From: Fistulifera solaris
Lineage: Eukaryota
Assembly (NCBI GenBank): GCA_030295235.1
Contig: AP026130.1
Span: forward strand, 1,364,001 to 1,428,000
Direction: 5' to 3'
DNA: 64,000 nt
In this document: piece by piece, positions 37,726 through 50,700 of the stretch
How the letters are laid out: every line of letters begins with the position of its first letter
Numbering within the stretch: position 1 is the stretch's first letter
Notes under the pieces: model-generated
The model's input: only the letters and a program-made list of their open reading frames with translations
The model's database searches: none
What the model was told of the DNA's origin: nothing
Position numbers and translations under genes: made by a program

Positions 37726-40700
37726 GGCAGTTGAACCATGCTGGTGGACCTTTTTGGACCGTACGTCGTCCGATTTACATAGGAAAACGACATGCCAGAG
37801 CGACATTGCCATCCAAATACTTTTTGGATCCAGCCAATCAGATGGCTTACATCCAAAAAGTCGAGCCAATCCAGCCAATCACAAGCGTCCCATCCAAAAG
37901 AGACTTTTAGCCGTCTGCTAGTTTTCCGCGTTGAGCAATCGATAGCCTACCGGTACTCACTGTACAGTAAATCGAGGTTTAACCTTAAGCACTCTCAATG
38001 TAGCTGGCCAAAAGAATGCATCCGTTCCAATTTTTGGCCGATAATTATTTCTGCAAAAGAATGACATCGGCACAAACGAGAATAACTCGTCTCATCTTTT
38101 CGATTGCAAAGTTATCACACGAAAAGAATGCCAGGAACATCAAAAAGAGGTCGGGGCCCCGACAAAGTCCAGCGAAGTCGCTCGTCAAACAAAAAGATTA
38201 GTTTGAAAAGATGGAGCTCGAAAAAGCAAAGAGAAAAGAGCAAGCTAGTGTGGATGCCACGTCCGCTGTAATGCACTCTTTTTTAGGCATAAAGGTTCCC
38301 GAAAAGGCCACCCCTGTAGAAGAAGAAGTCTGTGAAGATGTTGACATGACTGGCGAAGAACTAGAAAAGCAATTTACTGAGCGTCTTGTGATCGATGATA
38401 CAACAGGTCAACCTGGCGACGTCGGCGTCGGCGATGATGACGACGACGCTCTTGGCTTCCGAGGGAAGACGGGGACTATAATGAGGATAGCAATGAGTTG
38501 AACGACGGCCGGCATCATGTCAAATTATCTTTCTAAGATTCAGACGAGGCTGAGAGATGAAACGCGTTGTCACTTCAAAAGGGGAGACGAGAAAATTCCT
38601 GACGATCAGAAATGGCTTCTGAAAATGCTTGAGGAGCACCAGTTCTCTCTTCCGTGGCAGCTTGCTTCAACACTGTGCAACAAGCTTGGGATAAATTCGG
38701 CTCCTTCTGCGTACTATTGCACTGTACATGTGTGGTTACCAGATGTCCAATTCAACAAAATGCCACCTTGCGGAGAATGCAAGTCAAATGCCCATGTTGG
38801 TCGTCATGCATTTGATTCCAGTTATCCTGGGCTGCCGATATCTGGCTTAAAAAAGGACGAGAATGCGTTATGACAATGCGGTATTGTTGTTCGAGGTGCA
38901 AGAGCGGAGAAAAGTCCTACACGTTTCGCGGATACAATCTGAAAAGTTTGGAATTGATGCCGCTTAGTCGAAAGATTTGCTTCCCGGCTCTCTTAACGCA
39001 CAAAAGCGGGGTCACTATGGAGCTAGCTCGACTCGTTCGCTCACTTGTATCGAAAAATGTGCGTTCGAATTCTCTTGCTGCAATAATTGCGGAAATGCAC
39101 CAGCTCGAGCACAAGCAGCAAATGTTGCTCTATGAGTTGGAGGTAGCAGCTTCGCTTCTACCCGAACAGATGACAATAAAGCACCATTGTTTAGCGACTT
39201 CAATGATCGGAAAGGATACAATGGCCGATTGATTACCGGGAAGTACATTCAGAGCATCTATCAACGCCTCATTCACTCCTTCCGGGAACTGGCTGACGAC
39301 ACGAAGAAGAGGGATTCTGAGATGATTAAGATTGACGCATCTTATAAATTCTGAGGCGTTTGAAACGGGTTGGCGGCGAAAGTGTTTGATGGTCTAGTCA
39401 CAGTGATGAATGAATTTAAAGAGATTCGTTCGCATTTTGTAATCTTTGGAGAGAGCCACGACCAGATGCGGCCGCCGCTACAAGCCATGAAGGCGACAAT
39501 GGATTCAAATGGCCAAGCCGGCCCCAAACTTGCTTTCACTGACAGCCCCAAGCGAGACGGCCGACATGCTTATTTCCGTTTTCGATTCCTTGGCAGTAAC
39601 TCAAGAGGCTTATAATACAATTGCAGAGGAGGAAAATAAGCAGCTAGGAGACAAGTCGGAACCCACTGAGTTGCTCAAGTCAGCATGGCAACGTCTTCTC
39701 ACGACCGTCGCTTCCAATCTGTTCGATTAAGCATCATAATTATTCAGTTATTGAGGCTGATAAGGACATTACAATGTTTGCAGGAACCGCCATGGATCTG
39801 ATGAAAGACAGGCAGGCAGAAAAGCGTATCATGGCGCTTGATCTTGAATGGCCGGTCCACTTCAATAACAACGGTCGCATCAAAGGACAGGGAAAAGTTG
39901 CGACCATACAATTGTCATATCACACCTGTCAGGGCAACCTGGATAACGACATTTGTACTACAGTCATTCGCGTTCAACAGACAACAACTAAATTGAATGC
40001 AACACTTGTGCGTCTACTGAGCGAAGACTCTATCCGATTTGTGGGTGTGAATGTTGCTGGTGATGTGACCAAGCTAAAAAAAGATTTCGCCAACATGAAC
40101 AATGTGTCTGTAAACAAGATTGACTTGAGGGTCATGGCAAGGCGTCGTGGTGTTGTGCCACGGAATGGATCGTATAGTCTTGTTGCACTAGTCGAAGCCC
40201 AGCTGAAGGAATCGATGGAAAAGGATCAGAGAATGTCCGATTGGTCGGGTCCACTACAACCAAAACAGCAGGACTATGCCGCCTTAGATGCAATCAAAAG
40301 TCTGCAAGTATACGATTCTCTCGATAAACTGCCAGATTTAACAAGGGAACTTCAGCAAGGAGATTTTAGCTGGAACTAAGGTCACTATTGTTGCAAGTAA
40401 GGGCAGTAAGGCATCCATTCCGACGCCCGGTGCAGAGGGGGAGATACTTTCTCAAAAACAGATCTGGACAGCACCAAAAACATTTACATTCGTTGAAGGC
40501 CGGAAGCAAACCAGGCGGTCAATTTGTACTTGTTCGAATTAAAAGGTTCTGGCGCCGGGCTTGATAATGGATGGTTATAGGAAAGGCAGGAAAGGTGTCT
40601 CGCTGGGAGATTTTGTAAAAACCTTTGCAGATGGCGATTTCGTGATGATGGTTAATCTTTCACAGTTGCGCTCTCAGCACCAGCAGGAATCATCGTCCAG

Positions 40701-42819
40701 CTCATCAGACGCTATCAACCCGAATCCGGTGATCCATACTACAGAGCTCAACGAGGTGAATGCGAGTATAGTGAACGCTGACAACGAAACAGCTACAACG
40801 ACCGGTTTCGCGAGAAGATGATTTGTTTACCCACGATTACATATTTGAACACGAGAATGAAGAAGATATCAGCCCTGATCCTGATTCTACGGATGCTTTT
40901 GACGACTTCTCAGAACTTACCCCTGCTAAAATCCGAGAAATCGATGATATCATAAGGCGCGGTCGATAAGATGGGCCCTCTTACTGCACAGGACGGAGAA
41001 AAATACCTGGATCCGCCGCCGAAATCGATACCGATTTGCTACTCCGCTGTGCTCGGAGACATTATACACGCAATTATGCGAATAAAGGTTCCAGCAAAGC
41101 ACGAATGCCGCAAAGCTTACTCTGCTGCGCTTGTACGAGCGTTTTTAGAATGGGATCCTGAACGGTTAAAAGAGGTCAAAGAAGCATTGGTCAAATTAGG
41201 TGTTTCCGAAAGGAGATAGAGGCACGATTGTACTACAACATACAGTGGTTCGCAGCATGTGTCGGCGAGCCCTTCCTCCGCATCTCCTTTATTGGCGTGT
41301 TCGTGCCGTTCTATCATACTTTGGCGACAAAATCGACAGCGTGTCCAAGAAGCCTCTCTTCGGAAAAAATGAATGGAACAAGGCCAAAAGTCTGCTCTCC
41401 GACATACGGAAAGGATATTATTCCGACCCACCCGGTGTATCATTCTACCGATATAGAGTGGATGGTCGGGGACAAATAATTCGCGACCGGAAAGGATTTG
41501 CGCTTCTTACGTGTACCAGAGGAACAAACGATGTCGAGAACGAACATAGGAATCTCCTTGGGCCGATCGGAAACTCGCCAGTGGGACTTGAAATGATGGA
41601 CTGTCTTTTGACCGATATACGTCTCCGAAGAAACATGATTTCAGCCCGAAAGTACCGACTGAACTTTCCAGACATTCGACATTTTGATCCCTGGTTAGTA
41701 GACGAATTACAGATTCACGGGTAGAAGAGGGTCGCAAAGTACTATTGTACCCGAACTGGATAAACTCATGTGATCTTGCAGAGACCCCGGAACGTTTTGG
41801 TTTCGTCGGTCTTCCCAGATCAGAGCTGACCGACGCAATAAATGAACGCGCTGCAACAATTGAGAACCTTGAGAATTGTGTTATCGAGAAACGTCTTTCG
41901 AAAGACATGCAGTATATAGCCAAATGCATTGGAACAAAATTGCCGTATCAACCTTTTTCGACTGCCGAGGAAATATCGATGTACGCACAACTGCGAATCA
42001 ATGTAACCGAAAATCAACGAATCAAGCCAGATGACCCGAACTTTGAGCTAGCTATTTGTCATGCCATTGTACCCCGTGTCGATGGAATTCGGATTTTTCC
42101 AAAGACGCCCCATTTATGTTCGGCAAATGGAAAAGAGATATCTTGAGAGGAAACGGATAGGCTCAGCCGTGAAGTATGTACAGTGCATTGGACGCACTCA
42201 GTAGTCTGAATGAAGCCACATCTACCATAGCAATCAACGCTTTGTCCGCCTCAAATGCATTGCAGAGCGGTGAACATATCGAAAAGGACGACAGCACCCA
42301 GATGCGAAAACTCTGCCCTCCTATCTTGCTGCCGAGACCAATCTTCGGCGTGAGTGGAAACATGATACAACGGGCGTGAATCTGTACCAATCGCACAGAA
42401 AAGGCAAAGCCGACCCCCAAAACGTGGCCGGTGTGGATAAGAAACCACGTCAAGGAAGACATTGCAAAACTTGTAAGCGTCCACTTGCCCAATGCCCTGC
42501 TGCCGCAGTAAGTAAGTCGGCTAAAAGGGTGTGCACTTACATCGAAAACACAGAAGCACAACAAATATAATCATTAATGGCTGCATGTTAAATAAAAATA
42601 TCGTTTCAATTTTCATTGACGTATTCCTAACACTGGCGGCATTCCTATGATGCAAATCGTGGACTTTACTGAAGGTCCCGTGAGGGTCGCTACCGCACTC
42701 ATCGTGTACATAGAGACTACTATCTCGGAAAGGGATAAAGCATTTTTGCGTCTGAAGTCGCTCGCTCCGCTCGCGACTTTTAAAATTTCCAAATGGTCCA
42801 CCAGCATGGTTCAACTGCC
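37726..42819 (+). mobile_element. DDE DNA transposon, Dada-like (MuDR/IS256-related), 5094 bp
   Basis: Perfect 25-bp TIRs GGCAGTTGAACCATGCTGGTGGACC (37726-37750; reverse complement 42795-42819); flanking direct repeat TATTTTTT (37718-37725, 42820-42827); internal transposase remnants. Confidence 0.88.
38061..42570 (+). pseudogene. Fragmented transposase with inserted DEDDy 3'-5' exonuclease (start approximate)
   Basis: In order: CGEC/CSRC Zn motifs, IKIDASYK (D, 39334), AFTDSP (D, 39541), exonuclease ALDLEW..NVAGD..DYAALD (39774-40379), LGDIIH (DxxH), RGTNDVENEH (E), C-terminal CKTC..C..C; many frameshifts. Confidence 0.8.
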
Positions 42820-42997
42820 TATTTTTTTGTTCCGTGTTCTTTTTGCACAGTTCGCTCTCACGACGATAAGGAAGTGTGAAAGTGATGGTCATTATTGTTA
42901 CAAAGTCTTCATCATTAAACGCATAACTTCTCCCTCGTTTCATTCACTGATCTTCACAGCTCATCTTTCAACTAAAACGAACGAAAGAAATAGGCAA

Positions 42998-44437
42998 ATG
43001 GACGAAAAACTCTTGAATAACCATCTCGAAGGAGACGAGTACTTTTTACAAGAACAACACGGCAATTTGCTTTCCCCGTCGCCTCTTTTGACAGTACGAA
43101 CTGATGTATCTTATCCAAATACACAAGAAAAACCCGCTCGTGCGTATCGCAATCAAGGAGCGGCTTTGTTATTTCTGATGCACATGGCGGTCGTTTTTTA
43201 TTGCGCTTTACAAGGAGGATGGCCCGTCGCCGTCGAACAACGATTGTTGGGTCTTTTGTTCCTCACAGGATGCACGGCTGTCGCTCTTTCGACAATAGCG
43301 TGGTATGCTATGACGCAGTATTCACAACACTTTGTTGTCGTGGCGTTAAGTTCGACTTTTGCGGGGCATTTCTTTGCTGCCGGTGTCTTGATTTATTTTC
43401 GTTGGTGGTCGGGTGTGCTTCTAGCTATCGCATTTGCCGCGGTTACGTTAATTTACTTACGGACTGTATGGGATCGGACGCATGTAGCGGCAGCACAGTT
43501 GCAAGTTGCGCTGCAAGCCATTGAACGTAATAAAGCAGTGCTGTCCCTGACCTATTTCATATTACTTTCACTGCAATTGTGGGTGTTGATATGGCTCATG
43601 GCTTGGCTAGGATTTTATAATTTGACTTATGGAGAAAACTGTTCGGATAATAATGACAACGACGATCAAGGCTATTACTGCATAGTTCGATTGGGAGGAC
43701 ATGGTGGTGTTCTATTTTTCTTTTGGCTGTCTTTTTTCTGGACGACTCAAGTCCTCCGCAACGTGTTGCGTGTGACCGTAGCAGGTGTGGTGGGCTCTTT
43801 TGTCTGTCGTCCCGAATATCCAGCGGTAGGGGAAGCGTTTCGGCATGCAACGACGTCTTCCTTTGGTTCAATATGCTTCGGAAGTCTTCTGACGGCATTA
43901 ATTCAAGCGTTGTATCAAATTTGCCGCATGCTTCAGAGGACGTCATCTTCCTCATCAGGAAACTTTCTCGTTTGCATCGTCGACTGTATTGTGGGGTTTT
44001 TAGAGCGACTAACGGTTTACTTCCACAAATGGAGTTACATCTACATTGGCCTTTATGGGGACGACTACTTAACCGCAGGACAGAATGTGCTGCAACTTTT
44101 TCGGGAACGTGGTTGGGATACGATCATTACCGATCAACTCGTTGTAAGAACGCTGCAGTTGTTTGCGACAATGGTAGGCGTTAGTACAGGTGCAGTTGCA
44201 CTGTTGATGGGGCCGTCTTTGCATTGGTCGAAACTTGTTACATTTGCTATACCGGCGCTACTGGGAGGAACTCTGTCTTACATTTTATTTCTCAGTGTCG
44301 TCGGAGCGGCTGTAGACTCCATCATAGTTCTCTTTGCGGAAGCGCCGCTCGAACTCGAGCGAAATCATCCAGGGCTCTATCGGCAGATGGTAACAGCTTG
44401 GTCCCAGCTGTATCCCGACGAATTCCGTGCCCCCTGA
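42998..44437 (+). CDS. Choline transporter-like (CTL/SLC44/PNS1) membrane protein
   Basis: SFFWTTQV, ATTSSFGSICFGSL, YFHKWSYIYIGLYG, LFRERGW, IIVLFAEAP; likely ATG at 42998 (the ORF track's 5' extension runs into the transposon). Confidence 0.88.
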   Translation: MDEKLLNNHLEGDEYFLQEQHGNLLSPSPLLTVRTDVSYPNTQEKPARAYRNQGAALLFLMHMAVVFYCALQGGWPVAVEQRLLGLLFLTGCTAVALSTIAWYAMTQYSQHFVVVALSSTFAGHFFAAGVLIYFRWWSGVLLAIAFAAVTLIYLRTVWDRTHVAAAQLQVALQAIERNKAVLSLTYFILLSLQLWVLIWLMAWLGFYNLTYGENCSDNNDNDDQGYYCIVRLGGHGGVLFFFWLSFFWTTQVLRNVLRVTVAGVVGSFVCRPEYPAVGEAFRHATTSSFGSICFGSLLTALIQALYQICRMLQRTSSSSSGNFLVCIVDCIVGFLERLTVYFHKWSYIYIGLYGDDYLTAGQNVLQLFRERGWDTIITDQLVVRTLQLFATMVGVSTGAVALLMGPSLHWSKLVTFAIPALLGGTLSYILFLSVVGAAVDSIIVLFAEAPLELERNHPGLYRQMVTAWSQLYPDEFRAP

Positions 44438-44703
44438 ATGCATCAAACAAGGTTGGATATAATGTAAAATTATATTGTCTACAACAATCGTTGCAATTGA
44501 AGACTCCGTTCATCATATCTTGCTTCTCCCGTCGAAAAGTACTAGCGAAGGAAAATGTACTTGCTAACAGTTCATCCACGACACAACTCTAGTAGGCACA
44601 AAATGTTGAAGTTTCGATTCGGCAGGAAATTGCGGTTATACTTTGTTATATTTCCCAACCTTGAATTGTTTTAGCAACGAATCTCTAATCATTGATGCAA
44701 TCT

Positions 44704-47355
44704 TTATTGTCGTTTCTTCAGCTCGACATCTATATTGTGACGAATGAGACCCAAGTCGGCACTGACCATTGCCCACCACGCCGCTATGGTGGTGCATAAG
44801 ACTAAGATCGGTGGGAAACCGAAAAGGTTTCTTTGACCGTCTAATTCTTCGACATGTAGCAAGTCCAATGTCTTGTTCAAGAAAGATACGAGGAAAGCGG
44901 CACTTCCACCGCCCCAACGATTTGCTAGTGTGTCCACGATAGGCTTTGCCTCATACCGTGCTTCGTTCGACAGCCCTCGCCATAACGATTCTCGAACAGG
45001 TTTTGCAACGGCCATGTTCATCACTTTACAGAACTCGTCAACAATCAGGAACATGTACAGATTGGGCGGTTTTCCATTGTACGCATTGTGCCACCAAGCT
45101 AGATAAAGCGCCCCCGCAAGACGTGCCATGGGCATCAGCGATAGCGTTCCCCTCGGGCCAAACGTGGCAGCAACAAAAGAGCCTGCACCTGTAGCTTGTA
45201 ATACAAAAATAGCCACGGAAGACGCCATGTTTATATTTGCTAAGAAAGCTGTGTCTTCTTGAACACTGCTTTCTTTTGTACGACCTGCAACAAGCTCAGC
45301 GCGCTGAAAACTGAGGAGCACGTTGGTGCTCGCATAAAGCGCATTATAGGTGAAGATTGCCATCAATAGCCGCGAGCGAAGAATCGTTTTAGCTCCTCGT
45401 AAAAGGCGTTGTGAGAACGTATTGTCCTCAAGGTCATTAGAGTTGTTTTGTGAGTGATTGGATGAAAGGTCAGAAGCGGACTTTACCCGTGCAATGGAAT
45501 TCCCGGACGCAACGCGTTTCATGGTGCCTAGCGACGACGATCTCTTCATACTGGAATCTAGGGATGTCAGGTCGTTGTTCGATTGGAACAACTGTTGTTC
45601 TTCCCAGTGTTTCTGCATTACTCGACCTAATTCTATTGATAATTCAGCTGATACCTCGAGCAAGGCTGCCGATATCAACAATAGACCGGACAGTCTGAGA
45701 AGCTTGGCGAAAATAGACGTCACGAAGCTGTAATAAGCAACGGAATTGTAAGATTGAGACAGTACTGGATACTCCAAATCGTCAACAAATACGTTTTCTC
45801 ACCTTCCTAGAATGCCACCCACCGTTCCACCAAAACTGACAAGCGCCATTCTTTGAAGCCGCGTTTTAGTCTGTTCCACCACTGTCTTCTTTTGTGCAAC
45901 TTCCTCATATTCCATGGCTTCCGTAGTAACGCCCCACATTAACGAAATAGAGTGCAGCTTCATCAAGTGCACAATGAGGAAGAAGGCTACATACATTGCA
46001 AGTGCCAGAGTCTGCAACACCGGAACCGGAAGATTATTTAATACAGGTCTCATCCATGCATTTATTTTACCACGGTTCTCTCCGTTCGAATCTAGCAGAT
46101 GCATTAATTCAAATACAGCGGCATACGAAACCAGAACGAAAGCAAAGCAACGGTAAAATAGCGCGAGCGAGGTTCCTTGCGTTTCTCCACGAGTCAGTCC
46201 CATTTTCTTCCATAATCTCCGACGAGACGGATCTGGTGCTTCAAACAACCATCCAATTGGCACGGAACTGCAAAATGCCATAAGCATACTTAATAATGTC
46301 AGTTTCGGAACGTGGGCGACACCTATTTGCAGAGCAATAGCATCTCGCATTGGAGTCAGCACATGATTGGCACAGGTGACATGTAAAAGAGCCCAAAAGC
46401 CGATCCAAGTAGCGGTGGTGAATGGTGTATAGTGTAGCCGTAACAAGTATTTCGAGAGTGTTGCATAAAGATATGTTGACTTGTACTGCGGGATGAAAGC
46501 AGCAGAGTCATCCTCTTTCTTTCTTCGAAGAGGACTGTTTGGTTTGAGTTTCGTTGCTTCTTCTATCCTCTCCGCTTCTTGAAGCAGGGCCTGCATATTG
46601 TCCCAGCTTTTGATGGTTGGCGGTAGCGGTAGTTGCGTTTTCTCTGCTGCTTTTGCCAGGCGCTTATGATGGTCGCTGTCTCCTTCTTCAGTGAGATCCT
46701 TTTCTTCGGCAATGATGCTGGGTTGTCGGGCATGTTGACGATGTAATTGTAGCTGTTGCTTAAGCCAAGTATCTGTTTCGCTTTCGACCGCAGAAGAAGA
46801 TAATAACTGGGGTTGAGAAGGCGGCATTGAAGTTGATGATGCATTTTGAGTTCGTAAAATCGATCTTTCCATCTCTAATGGAAAAGGGAGGAAAGAAGAT
46901 GAGGAAGATAACTCCATTTCTTCCATTTTGCGTCGAAGCTCATCGTCCTGATTGTCGAATGATGACGTCTGATTCGATTCGAAAAGCGACGCATGCTCTC
47001 CGGTCGACTCTGAGCAATTCCTGGCAACATCATCGGAAGTGTATGTAATTGTTGTATCTGCAACAGGCGAATTTATAGTTTCATTCACTAGCGAACTCTC
47101 TTGCGCGCGCTCATTAGAGACAGTATTGTCAGGAGTAATTTTAATGAGCACCGTGTCGCGAATTAATTCCAGAGCAGTTAGTTCCTCATTCTCTGTGACT
47201 TTAGAGCACGTTTGATGTTCCACATTATCTTTTATGCGAGTCTCATCGTTTGCAATTGTGCTGTGGTGAAACGCCGGATTTTCCGGGGAAATGCTGCCCG
47301 ATGTCGCGGTCGTCCATTCCTCTTCGTCGCTTGTTTTTTGCGTCGTGTCTACCAT
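44704..47355 (-). CDS. TLC/NTT-like (ATP/ADP translocase family) MFS transporter with long acidic N-terminus
   Basis: LTPMRDA, GGTVGGILGS, KPVRESLW..LSNEARYEAKPIVDT..NRWG; intron 45728-45802. Confidence 0.72.
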
Positions 47356-47790
47356 AGTGCATAAAAACCAAAAATCAAAGCGTGAATCTAGGAGCTTGAA
47401 ACGCTCACAAATCATATTGCAACAGCAAAGACACTGAGTAAGGTTTCTCTCGACTAATTATGTTGTTTCGATCAATTTTTTCATTGCACCGCAAGAAGCA
47501 ACTGATGTGCGGAGTATCATGTTAAAGGCTTACCGGTACTGAAACGTACGTACGTTCTATAACGAAATACGTCCAACACGTCGACCTCTTGCATTGACAA
47601 TCGACAGAAAAGCTTTGAGAACGCGAGGTCAAGAGTCATCAGTTTTGAAAATAAAACCTAGTAGGTAATCCTTCATTTTAAAAGGACATGGATATTATGT
47701 GCCAGGAACGATAATCAAAATCAAAACATTACAAGAACGAATGATGCAACGGTTCCACGTTCCACTGCACCGTCAACGCGTACTGTGGTT

Positions 47791-50700
47791 TACGTAGCCG
47801 CCGTGGGAAATTTATCTCTGTAGGGGTACCCGGAGATTGTGTTTTCCGACATCACACAATTACTGGATTTCCAGTGCACAGATGTCAACGTTTCCTTGTC
47901 CAACATATTTGCTTCGTATCGAGAAGCAATAATCGCTTTCGATTTGAAAACAAAATGTTGATGGAACGATTGATGCAACGCTTCGAATGTCTACGTGATA
48001 TCACGTAGCTCTCGTAGGGAAATTTATCGACAGAGGGAAAACCCGGATATTGCGCAATTTTGATGACACGATTTTCCGCGTCTTTTGGACACCCATGTCA
48101 CCAATACTTTGCCCATTATCGCTTATGCGTGCCATGAAACATTCATCGACCTTGATCTGACAGCGATACATGAAACAATAAAAGGATACAACGCTTCCAA
48201 TGTCTACGCGTAATGTACGTAGCAGCCGTGGGAAATTTATCTCTGTAGGGGTACCCGGATATTGTGTTTTCCGACATCACACAATTACTGGATTTCCAGT
48301 GCACAGATGTCAACGTTTCCTTGTCCAACATATATGCTTCGTATCGAGAAGCAATAATCGCTTTCGATTTGAAAACAAAATGTTGATGGAACGATTGATG
48401 CAACGCTTCGAATGTCTACGTGATATCACGTAGCTCTCGTAGGGAAATTTATCGACAGAGGGAAAACCCGGATATTGCGCAATTTTGATGACACGATTTT
48501 CCGCGTCTTTTGGACACCCATGTCACCAATACTTTGCCGATTCTCGCTTATGCGTGCCATTTAACATTCATCGTTTTTGATCTGACAGCGATACATGAAA
48601 CAATAAAAGGATACAACGCTTCCAATGTCTACGCGTAATGTACGTAGGAGCCGTGGGAAATTTATCTCTGTAGGGGTACCCGGATATTGTGTTTTCCGAC
48701 ATCACACAATTACTGGATTTCCAGTGCACAGATGTCAACGTTTCCTTGTCCAACATATATGCTTCGTATCGAGAAGCAATAATCGCTTTCGATTTGAAAA
48801 CAAAATGTTGATGGAACGATTGATGCAACGCTTCGAATGTCTACGTGATATCACGTAGCTCTCGTAGGGAAATTTATCGACAGAGGGAAAACCCGGATAT
48901 CGCGCAATTTTGATGACACGATTTTCCGCGTTTTTGGACACCCATGTCACCAATACTTTGCCCATTCTCGCTTATGCGTGCCATTAAACATCCATCGTTT
49001 TTGATCTGACAGCGATACATGAAACAATATAAGGATACAACGCTTCCAATGTCTACGCGTAATGTACGTAGGAGCCGTGGGAAATTTATCTCTGTGGGTC
49101 GATCTTATCGAAATTTTTTCTGGCCATCTGGCCAGCCATTTCTCCACATGGCCGTCGAAATGGCTCGATGCGTTTTACCGGAAAATTTTTGCCGGCCACA
49201 AGCCATCTGAACAGTTTCTATACGACATCGTAATGACTAAGTAAAGATTTTCGTTTTTACCTTACAATTGCTTTGGAAATCAAGACACATTCTCATCGAA
49301 AGACGTCGACCTACATATGTTGATATGAAACTCATTTTGATGTCTTATAAATCATAAATACTCTCTTGTAATCAAGAATCAATCAAGCTGCATGATGAAG
49401 GGGTATGTCGCAGGAGCGAAGAGCGACCCGTTAGCGGGAACGACGAAAAGAAGCATGTAAATTATCGACGAGATCAATATGTTTATTGCGAATCAGTTGC
49501 GGTGGCATTGAACGAGGAACTTTACTCTTGCGTATCGTAGGAAGGAACACTTAGAGTCAATATTCATGTCTTATTTTTGGCTTTTCATTTATCGGACAGA
49601 GCTGTGAGCGACACCTAATCCTCCGTGAGGAGAGCGCGGTACTTTTATATGTCGGCTTATATCGCCGACGCTGACTTTATGCCCTCAATCTTCATTAATC
49701 TATTCGATAAAAATACTACCTCGAATACTTGTTATAATATGTAGTCACACAAAGTGCTTCGTGAGCGCAATATCAAAGCAGAATACTAGAACTTCCATCT
49801 TGATCGCTTTGCGATTTAATCACTAGAAATCTTGCAAGCAATCTTACAGTAAAGTAACTAGCTAGATCTTGCAGCTAGATCTTGCAATCGCGCCCCTTTC
49901 CCACATGAGGCATACGAACGACGCAAGCTCTATCCAGTTAAGTCAACAGTAGAGGCTGAGAAATAGTTTAGCTTTGCAAAAGAATATCTTGTCAAAATCT
50001 CAGGACCATTACTCTTCAGAACCAATAGCACATGTATAACGAAGCATCTGGCACAATATCGAAGAGCCCGAGATGATAGGAAGCTCCATTTCATCGTTTT
50101 TTCGCCTAAAATAGGCGAAAATAATCGAAGTTTTGAAAAACGCGGCGGCGTCACAATCCATCATTTCTTTGACGGCCAGATCAGATTGAGCGTCATAGCC
50201 GGAACCAGTAGTGAGATCCTTGTTGCAATGTTTACATCACAGAGAGAAAGGCTAACACTTGGCTCTGTTGGCGGCTGTCTAATTTATGGTCGGCCGGCGA
50301 AAAAGATTCCATCGTCGTCGTTGATTGCGCTTTTTATTCTCCCGCCCCCGCTTCCTCTTGTACGACGGACATGCCTTCTACATGTAGCTGCATATTTATC
50401 TGTATCTTTTTTCGATCACTGGTATGAGAAAGATTTCATAATTCTCAGAAGAAACAAGTTGACGGTAGACCAAGAGCTCTTTTGATCCTCCGCTTGAGCG
50501 CCTTAAAGCGCGTATCGCAAAGCCACTGACTCCATGGGATCCAACACACTTTAAAAGTATGCTTCTGAGCCTTATTGATGGATATACATGCAGAAGCGAT
50601 GAAAAAAGTTGAATAATGATAACGGTCTGCAGGAGATACGAGACCAAAAGACGGTTGTTTGTCGGGAATAATATGGGCAGGAAGACGCAGTCTTTTCCCG

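Noticed and set aside
42647..42997. N-terminal extension of the CTL ORF
   Set aside because: Reads through the transposon TIR; ATG at 42998 gives a typical protein.
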